A stretch of DNA of 60,759 bases from a virus, in the IMG/VR virus record IMGVR_UViG_3300031521_000066. The stretch is one strand, 5' to 3'. Position 1 is the first letter of the stretch, and each line of letters opens with the position of its first letter. Positions 60,429-60,759 of the stretch are shown here, piece after piece. Under the pieces are notes generated by a model. That model saw only the letters and a list, made by a program, of their open reading frames with translations. It was not told where the DNA came from and ran no database searches. Both the position numbers and the translations under genes were made by a program.

Positions 60429-60759
60429 TCATATCTTGTTGATTAATGCAATTGAAATAGCTTTCTCAACTTCTTTTTTATCGAACCCTGTTATTCCGTC
60501 TTGGTTTTCATCAAAACATTGAATATCGATAATGTATGGACTATCGAAATCCAACCCCGTATAAATAGTACATTTTACGTCAGATATAGGATACTGTTTA
60601 TTACGGTTGACAAATTCAATATCTTGAAATAGATAGGGTTCATCATGGTCTCCGTAAAGTGTTTTGATTGGTGTTGACAATTCCAAATCCAATAATACAA
60701 CCGGTTTGGTTAATCTTGCCAATGTTCTAAAAACATCCGCACAAATGTTCTCAAAAACA
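60429..60759 (-). CDS. hypothetical protein, 3-prime part of the junction-spanning gene (continues upstream at 128..234)
   Basis: The ORF is open to the window end. The track's M at 60722 is an internal TTG (Leu), and the true ATG is at position 234 of the circle. Confidence 0.6.
   Translation of the reverse strand, partial: VFENICADVFRTLARLTKPVVLLDLELSTPIKTLYGDHDEPYLFQDIEFVNRNKQYPISDVKCTIYTGLDFDSPYIIDIQCFDENQDGITGFDKKEVEKAISIALINKI
60633..60759. repeat. 127-bp terminal direct repeat (copy of 1..127)
   Basis: Verbatim identity with bases 1-127. Confidence 0.9.

Overview
The window is a complete, circularly closed dsDNA phage genome. Bases 1-127 repeat verbatim at 60633-60759, so the unique length is 60632 bp. 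It is AT-rich and tightly packed with genes, in four alternating strand blocks. (1) Plus 3266-7090: small genes ending in the small terminase. (2) Minus 20638-7091: three presumed ejection or internal virion proteins of 158, 428 and 3170 aa, then the large terminase. (3) Plus 20829-42570: scaffold-like protein, major capsid, head-tail adaptor paralogs, portal, tail and fibre genes, and a lysis cassette with a GH24 lysozyme. (4) Minus 2845 back through the junction to 42769: early and replication genes. These include an XRE repressor-like protein, an HNH nuclease, a YqaJ exonuclease, a DnaA domain IV-like protein, NinG- and NinB-like proteins, a DUF4373-like replisome organiser, an AEP primase fused to a helicase, and a radical SAM enzyme. 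TAnnTTTG boxes, DUF4373- and DUF1566-like domains and the style of the signal peptides suggest a Bacteroidota host; this is inference. I could not support any integrase, tRNA, CRISPR array or reverse transcriptase. The observations most worth follow-up are these. (a) A family of about 90-130 nt long imperfect hairpins closed by ATAACGG/TTGTTAT, which separate the small early ORFs at 50-55 kb and also occur at 1.1 kb. Their stems show compensatory substitutions, and their mismatches become G-U pairs only on the coding (minus) strand. (b) The 3170-aa modular protein, of the polyvalent type. It carries two H-Y-E ART-like modules, an HExxH zincin and a pyrophosphatase-fold module, and a repeated (I/V)(R/K)(F/M)R linker marks the module boundaries. 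(c) A gene built from about 22 near-identical 60-bp tandem repeats that encode a 20-residue LRR-like unit. All product calls rest on motifs read by eye. No database search was run.
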